NCBI GenBank assembly: GCA_049645265.1
Contig: JBARTN010000008.1
Span: 33,036 to 97,035 of the forward strand
Direction: 5' to 3'
Length of the DNA: 64,000 bases
Source of the DNA: Polyangiales bacterium
Lineage (GTDB): Bacteria > Myxococcota_A > Polyangia > Polyangiales > Houyiibacteriaceae
Made by a program: the position numbers and the translations under genes. The notes beneath the pieces were generated by a model. The model ran no database searches and had not been told where the DNA came from. It saw only the letters and a list, made by a program, of their open reading frames with translations. Positions within the stretch are counted from its first letter, which is position 1. Each line of letters starts with the position of its first letter. Below are positions 41,082-50,645 of this stretch, one piece after another.

Positions 41082-42029
41082 CGGGTAAGAGCGGACCTTC
41101 TCTTCGAGCCGATCGATGACGACCGCAGAAAGGTTCTCCCCGACGAGCCGTGACATCTGTTGAAGCAGTGTCGGGCTGGTGACGTTCACCTCGATCAGCT
41201 TACCGCCGATCACGTCGAGGCCAACGAAGAAGAGCCGATCGGCGAGCAGGCGTGGAGCGATGGTTTCGATGATCTTCCGATCTGCGTCAGCCACCTCAGC
41301 GGGCGTGGCCGACCCTCCGACGTGCACGTTGCTCCGGTGGTCACCTCTGCTTGGAAGGCGCCCGACCACACCGAGAAGCTCGCCGTCGACGAGCAGAATT
41401 CGCTTGTCCCCTTCGTCGTACACCTCGGGAATCAACGCCTGCACAATCGCATTCCGCGAGCCCAAGTGGGTCACCGATTCGATGAGGCCGTTGAGGTTAC
41501 TGTCTCCATGGCTCAGCAGAAACACGCCTTCGCCGCCGTGACCGTCGATCGGTTTGATCACGGCCTTGCCGCCGATGTCACTCAGGAAACGAAGGATCTC
41601 GTCTTTGTGACTCGTCATGATCGTCGCTGGGACGATTTCCGGGAAGTGGTGAGCGTAGAGCTTCTCGTTCGCTTCGCGCAGGCCTCGCGGGTCGTTGACC
41701 ACCAAGGTAGAGCCCTCGAGGTGATCCAGAACCAGCGTCAACCAGAGGTACGCATCGGTGAACGGTGGATCTTTTCGGATGAAGACCGCATCGACATCCA
41801 CCAGGTCGATGTCTTCGGGCTGGTCCAAGCGGATCGGTTCACGGGCATCGAGCAGCATCGTGGCCTGACGAACCCTGGCGACGACTCGACGGCCCCGCAG
41901 CCCTACGTCGCTACCCAAGCAGTGATCGACGCGATGGCCGCGTGCCTGCGCCTCGAGCATCAGGGCGAAGCTGGTGTCTTCATCGACGATGACCGTCGAC
42001 ACTGGGTCCATGACGAAGACGAAATGCAT
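41076..42029 (-). CDS. gshB: glutathione synthetase (ATP-grasp)
   Basis: MHFVFVMDPVSTVIVDEDTSFALMLEAQARGH parallels the E. coli GshB N-terminus. Also IKPIDGHGGEGVF and GDKRILLVDGE. Start set at ATG 42029. Confidence 0.9.
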   Translation of the reverse strand: MHFVFVMDPVSTVIVDEDTSFALMLEAQARGHRVDHCLGSDVGLRGRRVVARVRQATMLLDAREPIRLDQPEDIDLVDVDAVFIRKDPPFTDAYLWLTLVLDHLEGSTLVVNDPRGLREANEKLYAHHFPEIVPATIMTSHKDEILRFLSDIGGKAVIKPIDGHGGEGVFLLSHGDSNLNGLIESVTHLGSRNAIVQALIPEVYDEGDKRILLVDGELLGVVGRLPSRGDHRSNVHVGGSATPAEVADADRKIIETIAPRLLADRLFFVGLDVIGGKLIEVNVTSPTLLQQMSRLVGENLSAVVIDRLEEKVRSYPS

Positions 42030-42068
42030 GAGACTCTGCGGTAGCATCTGCGCTGGTTTGGAGGCAAG

Positions 42069-43787
42069 GTGGGAAGGATGAAACGCTGGCTTTCGATGGT
42101 GCTTTATTGGGTTTCGGCGTTCCTCATCACCGGCCTCACCGTAGGCTTCCCGACGGAACACGCCGCTGTTTTCACCCGTGAAGCGGTCGCGGCCGATCAT
42201 GCCGAAGCTTCGAAGGCCGGCGCTGAAGTCCTATCGGCGGGCGGAAACGCCGCGGACGCAGCTGCCGCCACCATGCTCGCCCTGGGCGTGGTCAATCCCG
42301 CCAGCAGCGGCCTTGGCGGTGGCGGATTCGCCCTTTACTACCGCGCAAGCGACCATTCGCTGACTTTCCTCGACTTCCGCGAGCGCGCCCCCCGCGCCGC
42401 GAGCCAGACGATGTTCGAGGTCGAAAGGGGCCAAGCCGAAGGCCCTGCAAGCTCTCCGTCACAGCTCGGCGGCCTCGCAGTAGGGGTTCCCGGAGAGCCG
42501 GCCGGCATCGAGGCCCTGGTCCAACGGTTTGGGAAGCTCTCGCTGCGTGAGATCATCGGCCCAGCGCTTCGCCTTGCCGAGCAGGGCTTCGAAGTGAGCG
42601 AGGCGCTCGGCGCGATGGGCAGCTCCTTCGCCATTCAATTGCGCAAGGATCCCGTCATGGCGGCGTGGGATCTGCGAGCCGGCGCGACCTTGCGCCGTCC
42701 GAGCTTGGCCCGTGTGCTCCGCGCCTTTGCCGAAAAGGGCGCGGCGGTAATCTACGGCGGGGTCATCGGTCAGGAAATCGCCGCTGCGGTTCAAGAACAC
42801 GGCGGCATCATGACCTTGCAGGATCTGCGTGCCTACCGGGTCCGGACGCGGGAGCCGCTCGAGACGAACGCCTTTGGATACCGCTGGGTCACGGCGCCTC
42901 CGCCGAGCGCCGGTGGATTCACGATGATCCAAAGCCTCTCGATTCTCGAGCAGGCGGTCGGCCCCAAACCAAGCTACGGCGGACCGCTGCTGCATGCGAT
43001 GGCCGAATCCTGGAAGGGGCCGTTTCTCGATCGACAGCGCTACTTCGGTGACCCCGACCAGGTGATCTTACCACTCGACAAAATGTTGGAAGGTTCCCGG
43101 ATCAACGCGCGAGCCAAGCTCGCCGCGGACGGCAAGGCCCATCCGAGCGCGGACTACGATCTGCCGATCGAGTGGACCGGGACCAAGGTCGCCGCACCTG
43201 ACAACGCGGGGACATCTCACCTATGTGTCGTCGACGCCGAAGGAAACGTGGCCTCGGTGACGACGACGGTGAACCTTCCCTTTGGAGCCCGCTTCACGGG
43301 CGGGGGTGTCGTCATGAACGACGAGATGGACGACTTCGCGAGCGGCATCGGCAAGACCAATGCCTTTGGCCTCGTAGGGGGCGCCCGAAACCTACCGGGG
43401 CCCTGGAAGCGTCCGGTATCGACGATGTCCCCGACCATCGTGCTCGAGAATGGCAAGCCCGCCCTCTGCGTGGGCGCGTCGGGTGGAAGCCGCATCGTCA
43501 CCGCAACACAGCAGGTGGCGATGAACGTCTTGATTCACGGAATGAGCGCCGCAGCGGCCGTGGCGGCGCCTCGCATTCACCACCAGGGGGTACCTGAAAC
43601 ACTTCGCGTGGAAAAGGTCGCTCCTTTGGACGCGGCGCTGCAAGGTACGCTCGTCGCCCTCGGTCATCGGGTCGAGCCGATTCACAACGTCGCAAACGTA
43701 CAGCTGATCTACATCGAGCAGTCCGCCGAACGGAAGCTCGAAGCCGCCAGCGATCCCCGCAAAGGCGGACGCCCAGCTGGCCGCTAG
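42069..43787 (+). CDS. ggt: gamma-glutamyltranspeptidase
   Basis: Signal/TM N-terminus, GGNAADAA, the autoprocessing/catalytic Thr in NAGTSHLCVVD, and MNDEMDDF. The start is GTG 42069 or ATG 42078. Confidence 0.93.
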   Translation: MGRMKRWLSMVLYWVSAFLITGLTVGFPTEHAAVFTREAVAADHAEASKAGAEVLSAGGNAADAAAATMLALGVVNPASSGLGGGGFALYYRASDHSLTFLDFRERAPRAASQTMFEVERGQAEGPASSPSQLGGLAVGVPGEPAGIEALVQRFGKLSLREIIGPALRLAEQGFEVSEALGAMGSSFAIQLRKDPVMAAWDLRAGATLRRPSLARVLRAFAEKGAAVIYGGVIGQEIAAAVQEHGGIMTLQDLRAYRVRTREPLETNAFGYRWVTAPPPSAGGFTMIQSLSILEQAVGPKPSYGGPLLHAMAESWKGPFLDRQRYFGDPDQVILPLDKMLEGSRINARAKLAADGKAHPSADYDLPIEWTGTKVAAPDNAGTSHLCVVDAEGNVASVTTTVNLPFGARFTGGGVVMNDEMDDFASGIGKTNAFGLVGGARNLPGPWKRPVSTMSPTIVLENGKPALCVGASGGSRIVTATQQVAMNVLIHGMSAAAAVAAPRIHHQGVPETLRVEKVAPLDAALQGTLVALGHRVEPIHNVANVQLIYIEQSAERKLEAASDPRKGGRPAGR

Positions 43788-44278
43788 CGCAAGCTGGCCA
43801 AGTAGTCGTTCACGAGCGCCGCATTCTTGGCGTACTGCGCACGTGTCGTCGCCGCGAAATACGTTTCGATGAGGCCGCCCAAGCCCAGAACGTGCGCACC
43901 GATTTCAAGGGTCACGCGGCGCTCGCACTGCTGCGTCGAGACGGGTTCGATGCTCACGGTCCCCGTGACTCGAATCCGATCCGCGATGGTCGAGGGAATG
44001 ACGACGAACCGGTAGTTCCGGGTCAAGGCGTCGAAATTGCCCTCTTCGATGTAGCTGAAGCGATCGCCCAGGACTCTTGCGACCGCGCGCGGCATCTGCT
44101 GCGCGGGCCAGACCCTAGCCCGCCGGTAGCCGGTCTCAGGATTCCATTCCTCGAGCTCGTACTCAAAACCGAGGCCCTCATACAGGTAGTGATTGAACTT
44201 TTCGCAGCGGAAGATTCGGTCCCAGAATTCCTGTTCCGAGCAGTCCAGCAATTGCCGAATCGCGAGATTTTTAGGCAT
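43784..44278 (-). CDS. SRPBCC-fold (DUF2505-like) protein, function unknown
   Basis: 164-aa soluble ORF with good coding look. The family assignment comes from my recollection of the general sequence pattern only. Its stop shares CTAG with the ggt stop. Confidence 0.45.
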   Translation of the reverse strand: MPKNLAIRQLLDCSEQEFWDRIFRCEKFNHYLYEGLGFEYELEEWNPETGYRRARVWPAQQMPRAVARVLGDRFSYIEEGNFDALTRNYRFVVIPSTIADRIRVTGTVSIEPVSTQQCERRVTLEIGAHVLGLGGLIETYFAATTRAQYAKNAALVNDYLASLR

Positions 44279-44280
44279 GA

Positions 44281-45054
44281 TTATTCGGATATTTGGACGA
44301 CGACGACAGTGATGTTGTCTTCGCCACCGTTCTGATTGGCTTGAGAGACCAGGGTTTTAGCAGCTGTTTCCACGTCCGGCCCGGCGTTCTGGATGATTTC
44401 GCGAATGCGCTCGTCTCCGACCATCCCGTTAAGGCCATCGGAACAGAGGAGGTACACATCCCCTGGCGCGACGTCATCGACGGACACATCGACCGCAACC
44501 GCCTGCTGCATGCCAAGTGCGCGCGTGATGACATTGCTCGGTAGTCGCTCTTTTTGCGCGTCCGACAGGTTTGGCATGACGAGCAAGTAGTCGTTCAAGA
44601 GGGAATGGTCCCTCGTGAGCTGAGTGATGTCGTCCGCGCGAACACGATAGGCCCGGCTGTCGCCGACGTGGGCGACGTTGATCTTGCGGTCATCCCGGTT
44701 GAACAACGCACCGACGACCGTTGTACCCATGCCTTGGACCGAACGGTTGTGAATCGACGTTTGAAAGATTCGCTGGTTGGCGAGCTTCACTGCCGACACG
44801 AGGCGGCTTTGGTCGGGCGTCATTCGTGGGTCGTTCTTGCTTGGCCATTCGACGCCTTCACCATCTGCGTTGGTTGCGTCGAAGTATGCGGTCATCTCTG
44901 AAGTCGCCATCCGGCTTGCAACATCGCCGGCGCGGTGGCCGCCCATGCCGTCGGCAACCACGAACAGGCGATGCTCCGACAAGATGCAGTAGCTATCTTC
45001 GTTGTGCTCTCGCTGAAGTCCGACGTCAGAGAGCCCTGCAGCTGTGAAGTTCAT
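44281..45054 (-). CDS. PP2C-family Ser/Thr protein phosphatase
   Basis: GLSDVGLQREHNEDS, VADGMGGH, LLCSDGL and GGEDNITVVVV. Start set at ATG 45054. Confidence 0.9.
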   Translation of the reverse strand: MNFTAAGLSDVGLQREHNEDSYCILSEHRLFVVADGMGGHRAGDVASRMATSEMTAYFDATNADGEGVEWPSKNDPRMTPDQSRLVSAVKLANQRIFQTSIHNRSVQGMGTTVVGALFNRDDRKINVAHVGDSRAYRVRADDITQLTRDHSLLNDYLLVMPNLSDAQKERLPSNVITRALGMQQAVAVDVSVDDVAPGDVYLLCSDGLNGMVGDERIREIIQNAGPDVETAAKTLVSQANQNGGEDNITVVVVQISE

Positions 45055-45164
45055 CCGTGTTCTCAGGCCCGGAGAGAAAGTCCGACCATCTATTGGCCTT
45101 CGACCCCATCCCGGGCAACCCAAATCGTTGAAAACAGTCTATCGAACGAGGGAAGCGTGGCAAA

Positions 45165-47279
45165 TCAGGGGTTAACGAAGGCGGGCAGCTCTGGCCAACC
45201 CGACTCCGGGTCGTCCAGGTACTCGTAGCGAGCGTAGTGCGTGCTGACGCGCCGCACATAGTTGCGCGTTTCGTCGAAAGGGATGCGCTCGACGAAGCGA
45301 TCGAGCTCCATTCGCCGGCTTTCCTTGAGCCAGCGTTTCACTCGACTCTTGCCTGCATTGTAGGCAGCGATGCTCAGCGGGTAGACCCGATCGAATTCCA
45401 CTGCGAGCGCGGCCATCTCTTCGAGCCCGAGGGCGATGTTCGTCTCCGGGACGCGAAGCATCGGCCGCCCGACCGCCTTGCCGGTTAGCTTGCTTGCCAG
45501 CTCCGGCATCATCTGCATCAGCCCAACGGCGCCCGCTCTACTGACGACCTCCGGACGGAATCCGCTTTCCTGACGCATCGTCGCGTAGATGAGTGCGCGC
45601 GGCAGCTCTCCGCGATGCTCATCGACGACAGACCGCCAAGGCGTCGGGTATGCAGCATCCCACCACCAGCGATGCTTGGACGGGTCGCTTTGGAGATAGA
45701 CCATGCGCCGACGTGCGACCACGAGCGCTTCTCGATAGGCACCTGCATCGCGATACAGCCCGGTCAAGAGCGGGATGCGTTGTGGCCTGGGCCGGTCTGC
45801 CACCAGCGCGTTTTCGTCCGTTTTCAGCCAGGCGATGCCGTCGAGGTCGAGGCCGAGACTGCGATAGACCTCGAAGGTCTGGGGCAGCGGCAGCGGCTCG
45901 CTCGGAACATCGACCAAGACCGGAGAGACTGCGTTCTCAAACGGCTTCGGGGGCTCGACTTTGAGTTTCTTGAGGCGCGCCGCGGCCAAGACGGCATACC
46001 AATGCAAGGGCTCGACCGCGATCGCTTCGCGGTAGGCGTCGACCGCTTTGGGGCCACGGCGATACGCTCGGCCGAGCCAATAGTAGCCCCGCGCTTCATC
46101 CATCGCGTCGGTCGCGAGCGGCGTGTACTGGCTCAGAAATCGGGCGGCCCGCGCGTATCGTCGCGTTTCAAAGGCACGAAAGCCAAGCTCCCAGAACGCG
46201 GCGCGACGCCATCGACCGCGCACTTGGGACGTCCCGCGCACGAGTCGCTCCATCTGCTTCTCCCCGTTGGCGCGGCCGAGCCGAATCTCGAGCCAGGCCG
46301 CGAGGAAGCGCGCCTCGGCCGCGCGCTTGTGGCGGGGGTAGCGTTGTGCGAAACGCCGGTACGCTCGGATCGCCCGAGCGTCCTGATCCGCTCGCGAAAG
46401 GGCCCGCGCCGAATGGAATGCGTCCTCGATTTCGTGCTCGCCACCGAGCAATGCCGAGCGGTGAAGCGTACGCGCCGCATCGAGGTAACGGTTGCGCGTT
46501 CGAAATAGCGCCATCCCGTAGACGTGGTGCCAGCGTGCTGCGAGCGCCGAGTCCGCTTCGAGATCGATCGCTTCGAGCTCTTCGACGGCTTTTTCGAAGC
46601 GCAGCGCAGCGATCATGGCCTCCGCACGCTCAATGCGATCGGTAACGCTTGGCGAGGCGCGCTGCTGCAATTCGCGAGCGGCGGCTTGTTGGCCCGGCTG
46701 AACGGCGGCAATCCAAGCCTCGAGCGCCGCATCGTGGGCGTCCTCGGGACGCTGGAGCTCGACGTAGACGTCGGACATGATCGCAAGAAGAGCGACTCGG
46801 TTACTGACGCCGAGCTTCGATCGTGTGAGGCTCTGGAGCTCTTCGGCGGCCGTCTCGAGCTCGCCGAGCTGCACCGCACAAGTGGCAGCGATGGCGCGAT
46901 TGCGGCGGCTGATCTCGACGCTGGCCGAGCTGGGGCGTAGGAGCAGCGGTCGCGCTTCGGCACAGTTTCCGCATTGTGCGGCGGCAATCGCCCATCGGCT
47001 CAGCGAATCGTCCCGAATCGACTCCGGAAGGGTCGACGGGGTTCGCGCCAACGTGGCCATCGCCTCGCAAGAGCGGCCGACGGCCAAGAGCAGACGACCC
47101 TCGAGATAGCGCACGGCATCCTCGTCGCTCCGCTGCTCGGGTAGGAGAGCGATCTCCCTGAGCGCTCCGCGCTCGTCTCCGGTTCGGACCAAGGACGCAA
47201 GACGCTCGAGTCCGTCCTCGGCCAGCGCCCCAGCGCCGACCAAGAATGTGCACCCCACCCCGAGCCAAAAACGTCGCAA
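45165..47279 (-). CDS. soluble lytic murein transglycosylase (Slt70-like, superhelical N-domain plus SLT domain)
   Basis: Signal peptide and a long Ala/Arg-rich helical-repeat region. The C-terminal SLT domain has catalytic Glu in ATMRQESGF, plus GLMQMMP and AAYNAG. Confidence 0.85.
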   Translation of the reverse strand: MRRFWLGVGCTFLVGAGALAEDGLERLASLVRTGDERGALREIALLPEQRSDEDAVRYLEGRLLLAVGRSCEAMATLARTPSTLPESIRDDSLSRWAIAAAQCGNCAEARPLLLRPSSASVEISRRNRAIAATCAVQLGELETAAEELQSLTRSKLGVSNRVALLAIMSDVYVELQRPEDAHDAALEAWIAAVQPGQQAAARELQQRASPSVTDRIERAEAMIAALRFEKAVEELEAIDLEADSALAARWHHVYGMALFRTRNRYLDAARTLHRSALLGGEHEIEDAFHSARALSRADQDARAIRAYRRFAQRYPRHKRAAEARFLAAWLEIRLGRANGEKQMERLVRGTSQVRGRWRRAAFWELGFRAFETRRYARAARFLSQYTPLATDAMDEARGYYWLGRAYRRGPKAVDAYREAIAVEPLHWYAVLAAARLKKLKVEPPKPFENAVSPVLVDVPSEPLPLPQTFEVYRSLGLDLDGIAWLKTDENALVADRPRPQRIPLLTGLYRDAGAYREALVVARRRMVYLQSDPSKHRWWWDAAYPTPWRSVVDEHRGELPRALIYATMRQESGFRPEVVSRAGAVGLMQMMPELASKLTGKAVGRPMLRVPETNIALGLEEMAALAVEFDRVYPLSIAAYNAGKSRVKRWLKESRRMELDRFVERIPFDETRNYVRRVSTHYARYEYLDDPESGWPELPAFVNP

Positions 47280-47363
47280 TCCGGAGGGAATCTAACACTC
47301 ATTTGGGTAGACGCAGAGCGATTGGCGATCGTTGAACGGGTCCCGTATGCTCCGCCGCTGACG

Positions 47364-47819
47364 ATGCGACACGCCACGATCTCATTGCTTGCCTTTCTCG
47401 CGCTATCCGGCTGTAAACAGCACATCGGAGACGCCTGCGGGAACTCCGTCGATTGCTCGGTCACCGGAGAGCGGCAGTGCGATCTGTCCCAGCCCGGCGG
47501 CTACTGCACGGTCTTTGCCTGCAACGCCGACACCTGTCCCGAAGGGGCCTGCGTCGAGTGGCGCTTCATCCCGAGCCGCACCGCGGAGACCTGGTGCATG
47601 AAGACCTGCGACAACACTTCGAACTGCCGCTTGGACTACAGCTGCGTGTTCCCGGAAAACATCACGCAAAGCGGCGGCTTTAGCGAGAACCTCCCAGTGG
47701 AGGAGCGGGTTGCGCGCATCATCGACCTCGACCTCTTCAAGGCCGAAGCGAAGATCTGCGTAGCCCTGACACCAGAGCTCGACGCGGGCATGGAGCCAGA
47801 GCTCGACGCGGGCATGTAG
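47364..47819 (+). CDS. Cys-rich lipoprotein, function unknown
   Basis: Lipobox LALSGC and 13 further Cys residues. The C-terminus carries the duplicated peptide PELDAGME/PELDAGM. Confidence 0.65.
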   Translation: MRHATISLLAFLALSGCKQHIGDACGNSVDCSVTGERQCDLSQPGGYCTVFACNADTCPEGACVEWRFIPSRTAETWCMKTCDNTSNCRLDYSCVFPENITQSGGFSENLPVEERVARIIDLDLFKAEAKICVALTPELDAGMEPELDAGM

Positions 47820-47843
47820 CAGAGCCCGACCCGGGCATGTAGC
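47773..47843. repeat. tandem repeat of about 24 bp, three copies (third degenerate), spanning the lipoprotein stop codon
   Basis: cagagctcgacgcgggcatg occurs at 47773-47792 and again at 47797-47816. A degenerate copy follows at 47820-47839 with two substitutions and a 1-nt deletion. Confidence 0.85.
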
Positions 47844-47886
47844 CCCGCTCGACAGGAAACCGACGCGGACGAGGATTGGGCGTACT

Positions 47887-48840
47887 ATGGTCCGGATGAT
47901 GTCTCCGGGCCTCTTGCGGTACCTGGCGAGTCGCCTCGTGCGCGCGCTGCTGACCGTCGTGGGCCTCGTGACGATTGTCTTCTTGCTGGTGCGCCTGATC
48001 CCAGGTGACCCGGTCGAAGCGATCTTGGGCGACCAGGCCGGCCCAGAAGAGAAAGCCGAGCTTCGGCGCGCGCTCGATCTCGACCGGCCCGTGGGGGAGC
48101 AATACCTGTCCTTCCTCGGCAGCATGGCCGACGGCAGTATGGGTACCTCGTTTAGGCGGCCCGATCGCTCGGTCTGGTCGATGATGAGCGACGTCTTGCC
48201 GTACACGATCGTGCTCGCGATCGCCGCGCTGCTGGTGGCCTGGTTCGTAGCGATACCCCTCGGCACGATCGCCGCAGCCCAAGCTGGCAAAGGCTGGGAC
48301 AAGATCGCCTCGACAGTCGCGGTCGCCGGCCTGGCCATCCCGAACATCTGGCTCGGGCCTCTTCTGATCCTCGCGTTCGGCGTAAAGCTTCGTTGGCTGC
48401 CCTTGCCCGGGGACGACTTGGCGGGCCCCGAGGCCTTGATCTTGCCCGCGATCACGATTGGAACCGCGCTTGCCGCCGTGCTGACGCGGCAGACACGCGC
48501 CGCGATGATCGAGGTGCTCGCGCAGCAATACATCACCGCTGCCCGCGCCAGGGGTGTCCCTTCGGTGGCCTTGTTGCTCCGCCATGCGCTTCGAAACGCG
48601 CTACTGCCGGTCATGACCATTGGCGCGGCCCAGCTCGGTGCGCTGCTCTCCGGGACGGTCGTGACCGAGAAGATTTTCGAGAGGCCCGGGCTCGGGACAC
48701 TCTTTCTCGACGCATTTTTCGCACGCGACATTCCAGTGGTTCAGGGCTGCGTGTTGGTCATTGCGGTGATCTACGTCGGCGTGAACCTGATCGTCGACCT
48801 TGCGTACGGGCTGGTCGACCCGCGGGTGAGGCTGTCGTGA
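47887..48840 (+). CDS. ABC transporter permease, DppB/OppB family
   Basis: N-terminal LLRYLASRLVRALLTVVGLVTIVFLLVRLIPGDPV and EAA-loop region ITAARARGVPSVALLLRHALRNALLP. Confidence 0.88.
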   Translation: MVRMMSPGLLRYLASRLVRALLTVVGLVTIVFLLVRLIPGDPVEAILGDQAGPEEKAELRRALDLDRPVGEQYLSFLGSMADGSMGTSFRRPDRSVWSMMSDVLPYTIVLAIAALLVAWFVAIPLGTIAAAQAGKGWDKIASTVAVAGLAIPNIWLGPLLILAFGVKLRWLPLPGDDLAGPEALILPAITIGTALAAVLTRQTRAAMIEVLAQQYITAARARGVPSVALLLRHALRNALLPVMTIGAAQLGALLSGTVVTEKIFERPGLGTLFLDAFFARDIPVVQGCVLVIAVIYVGVNLIVDLAYGLVDPRVRLS

Positions 48841-49670
48841 GAAAGCTTCGCGTGAGCAAGGTTCGCGCCAGCCTTCGAAAGACGCCGCTCGGTTTGGCGA
48901 TCGTGATCGGTTTCTTCCTCCTCGGGCTCATCGGGCCCTGGGTCGCACCCTACGACCCGCTCGCGATCGACCTCTTGCACGAGTACCAACCTCCATCCTG
49001 GACGCATCTGCTGGGCACTGGGGACAATGGGATCGACATCTTGAGCGCCTTACTTCACGGCGCACGGCTCGCTGCGATCGTGGGGGTCGTCGTCGTCGGG
49101 GTGTCGGTGATCATCGGCACCTTGCTCGGGACCTGGGCAGGTTACGCAGGGCGCCTGACCGATCACACCATCACCGGGGTCGCGGACCTCGTGCAAGCGT
49201 TTCCCGCAATCGTGCTGAACATCGCCGTGCTTGCACTGGTCGCCCGGCCTGGCCTGATGCACTTGATCGTCGCGCTCGCGGTCAATGGTTGGGTGCTCTA
49301 TGCGCGACTGGCGCGTGCCGAAACACTGACCCTGAGAGAGCGCGAGTTCGTCGAAGCGGCGCGCGCGCTCGGCGTGCCGACACACGAGGTCCTGCTCCGG
49401 CACGTGATTCCAAACCTGCTCGGTCCGCTCGTCATTCAAGCGACGACCGGCCTAGGGGTGGTGATCTTGGCGGAATCGACGCTTTCGTTTCTCGGCCTCG
49501 GGCCTGGAAAAGCAGTATCCTGGGGCGCATTGCTCGACCAGGGGACGAGTGTGCTGCTCCGCTTTCCACACGTGGCCCTCTTCTCTGGCGGAGCGATCGC
49601 GCTCAGTGTGCTTGGCTTCAATCTCACGGGCGACTGGTTGCGAGACCGGCTCGACCCTCGGTTCCGATAA
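48837..49670 (+). CDS. ABC transporter permease, DppC/OppC family
   Basis: The GTG start overlaps the upstream stop (GTGA). HLLGTGDNGIDILS and EAA loop FVEAARALGVPTHEVLLRHVIPNLLGP. Confidence 0.88.
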   Translation: MRKLRVSKVRASLRKTPLGLAIVIGFFLLGLIGPWVAPYDPLAIDLLHEYQPPSWTHLLGTGDNGIDILSALLHGARLAAIVGVVVVGVSVIIGTLLGTWAGYAGRLTDHTITGVADLVQAFPAIVLNIAVLALVARPGLMHLIVALAVNGWVLYARLARAETLTLREREFVEAARALGVPTHEVLLRHVIPNLLGPLVIQATTGLGVVILAESTLSFLGLGPGKAVSWGALLDQGTSVLLRFPHVALFSGGAIALSVLGFNLTGDWLRDRLDPRFR

Positions 49671-49672
49671 GC

Positions 49673-50572
49673 ATGCCCGAGTTGCCCGACGTCGAGCTCT
49701 ACCTTCACGCGTTGCGGCCCCGTGTGCTCGATAAAACGCTCCAGGGCGTACGGATCACGTCCCCGTTCGTTCTCAGAACGGTGAATCCTTCAGTCGACGA
49801 GCTCGCGGGGAAACGCGTGCTCGACTTGCGCCGGCTCGGAAAACGTATCGTACTCGGTCTCGAGGATGAGCTCTACATCGTGGTTCATCTGATGATCTCG
49901 GGCCGGTTTCGCTGGAAACCAGCGGGGCACGAGATCCCCAGCCGCCTGGGTCTTGCGGCTTTCGACTTCGAGGACGGATCACTTCTGCTGACCGAGGCGA
50001 GCAAGAAGAAGCGCGCCGCACTGCACGTCTGCCGTGGTGACGTGGCCGTCGTCGAGCACGACCCTGGCGGCATCGAGCCGCTTGGAATTGACTACCTCGA
50101 TTTCAAGGCCGCTTTGCTCGAGCGAAATCACACCGTGAAACGCGCGTTGACCGACCCGCGGATTTTCAGCGGAATCGGCAACGCGTACTCGGATGAAATT
50201 CTGCATCGCGCCAAGCTCTCCCCTCTCCTTTGGACGACTCGAATGACGGAGGAACAGCTTCAGCGATTGCACGAGGCGACCGGTCAGGTGCTCTCGGAAT
50301 GGTTGGCGCGTTTGATCGAGCAGCACGGCAAAGCCTTTCCGGAGAAGGTGACCGCGTTTCGGCCTGAAATGGCGGCGCACGGTAAGTACGGTCAACCGTG
50401 CCCGACCTGCGGCGACCCGATTCAGCGAATTGTCTTCGCGAGTCGCGAAACTAACTACTGCGCGACATGCCAAACCGGTGGCAAGCTTCTCGCCGACCGT
50501 GCGCTCTCGAGGCTCCTCAAAGGCGACTGGCCGCGCTCGATCGAAGAGCTGGAGTCGCTGCGTCGCGGTTAG
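49673..50572 (+). CDS. Fpg/Nei-family DNA glycosylase/AP lyase
   Basis: Catalytic N-terminus MPELPDVE, H2TH region GIGNAYSDEILHRAKL, and C-terminal zinc finger CPTCGDPIQRIVFASRETNYCATCQ. Confidence 0.88.
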   Translation: MPELPDVELYLHALRPRVLDKTLQGVRITSPFVLRTVNPSVDELAGKRVLDLRRLGKRIVLGLEDELYIVVHLMISGRFRWKPAGHEIPSRLGLAAFDFEDGSLLLTEASKKKRAALHVCRGDVAVVEHDPGGIEPLGIDYLDFKAALLERNHTVKRALTDPRIFSGIGNAYSDEILHRAKLSPLLWTTRMTEEQLQRLHEATGQVLSEWLARLIEQHGKAFPEKVTAFRPEMAAHGKYGQPCPTCGDPIQRIVFASRETNYCATCQTGGKLLADRALSRLLKGDWPRSIEELESLRRG

Positions 50573-50645
50573 CCCACTTGTGCAGCGCACTCAACACACT
50601 AGAAATGTGCTTGTGCCTATTTTGAAGATACGTTGCGACTGAAAC

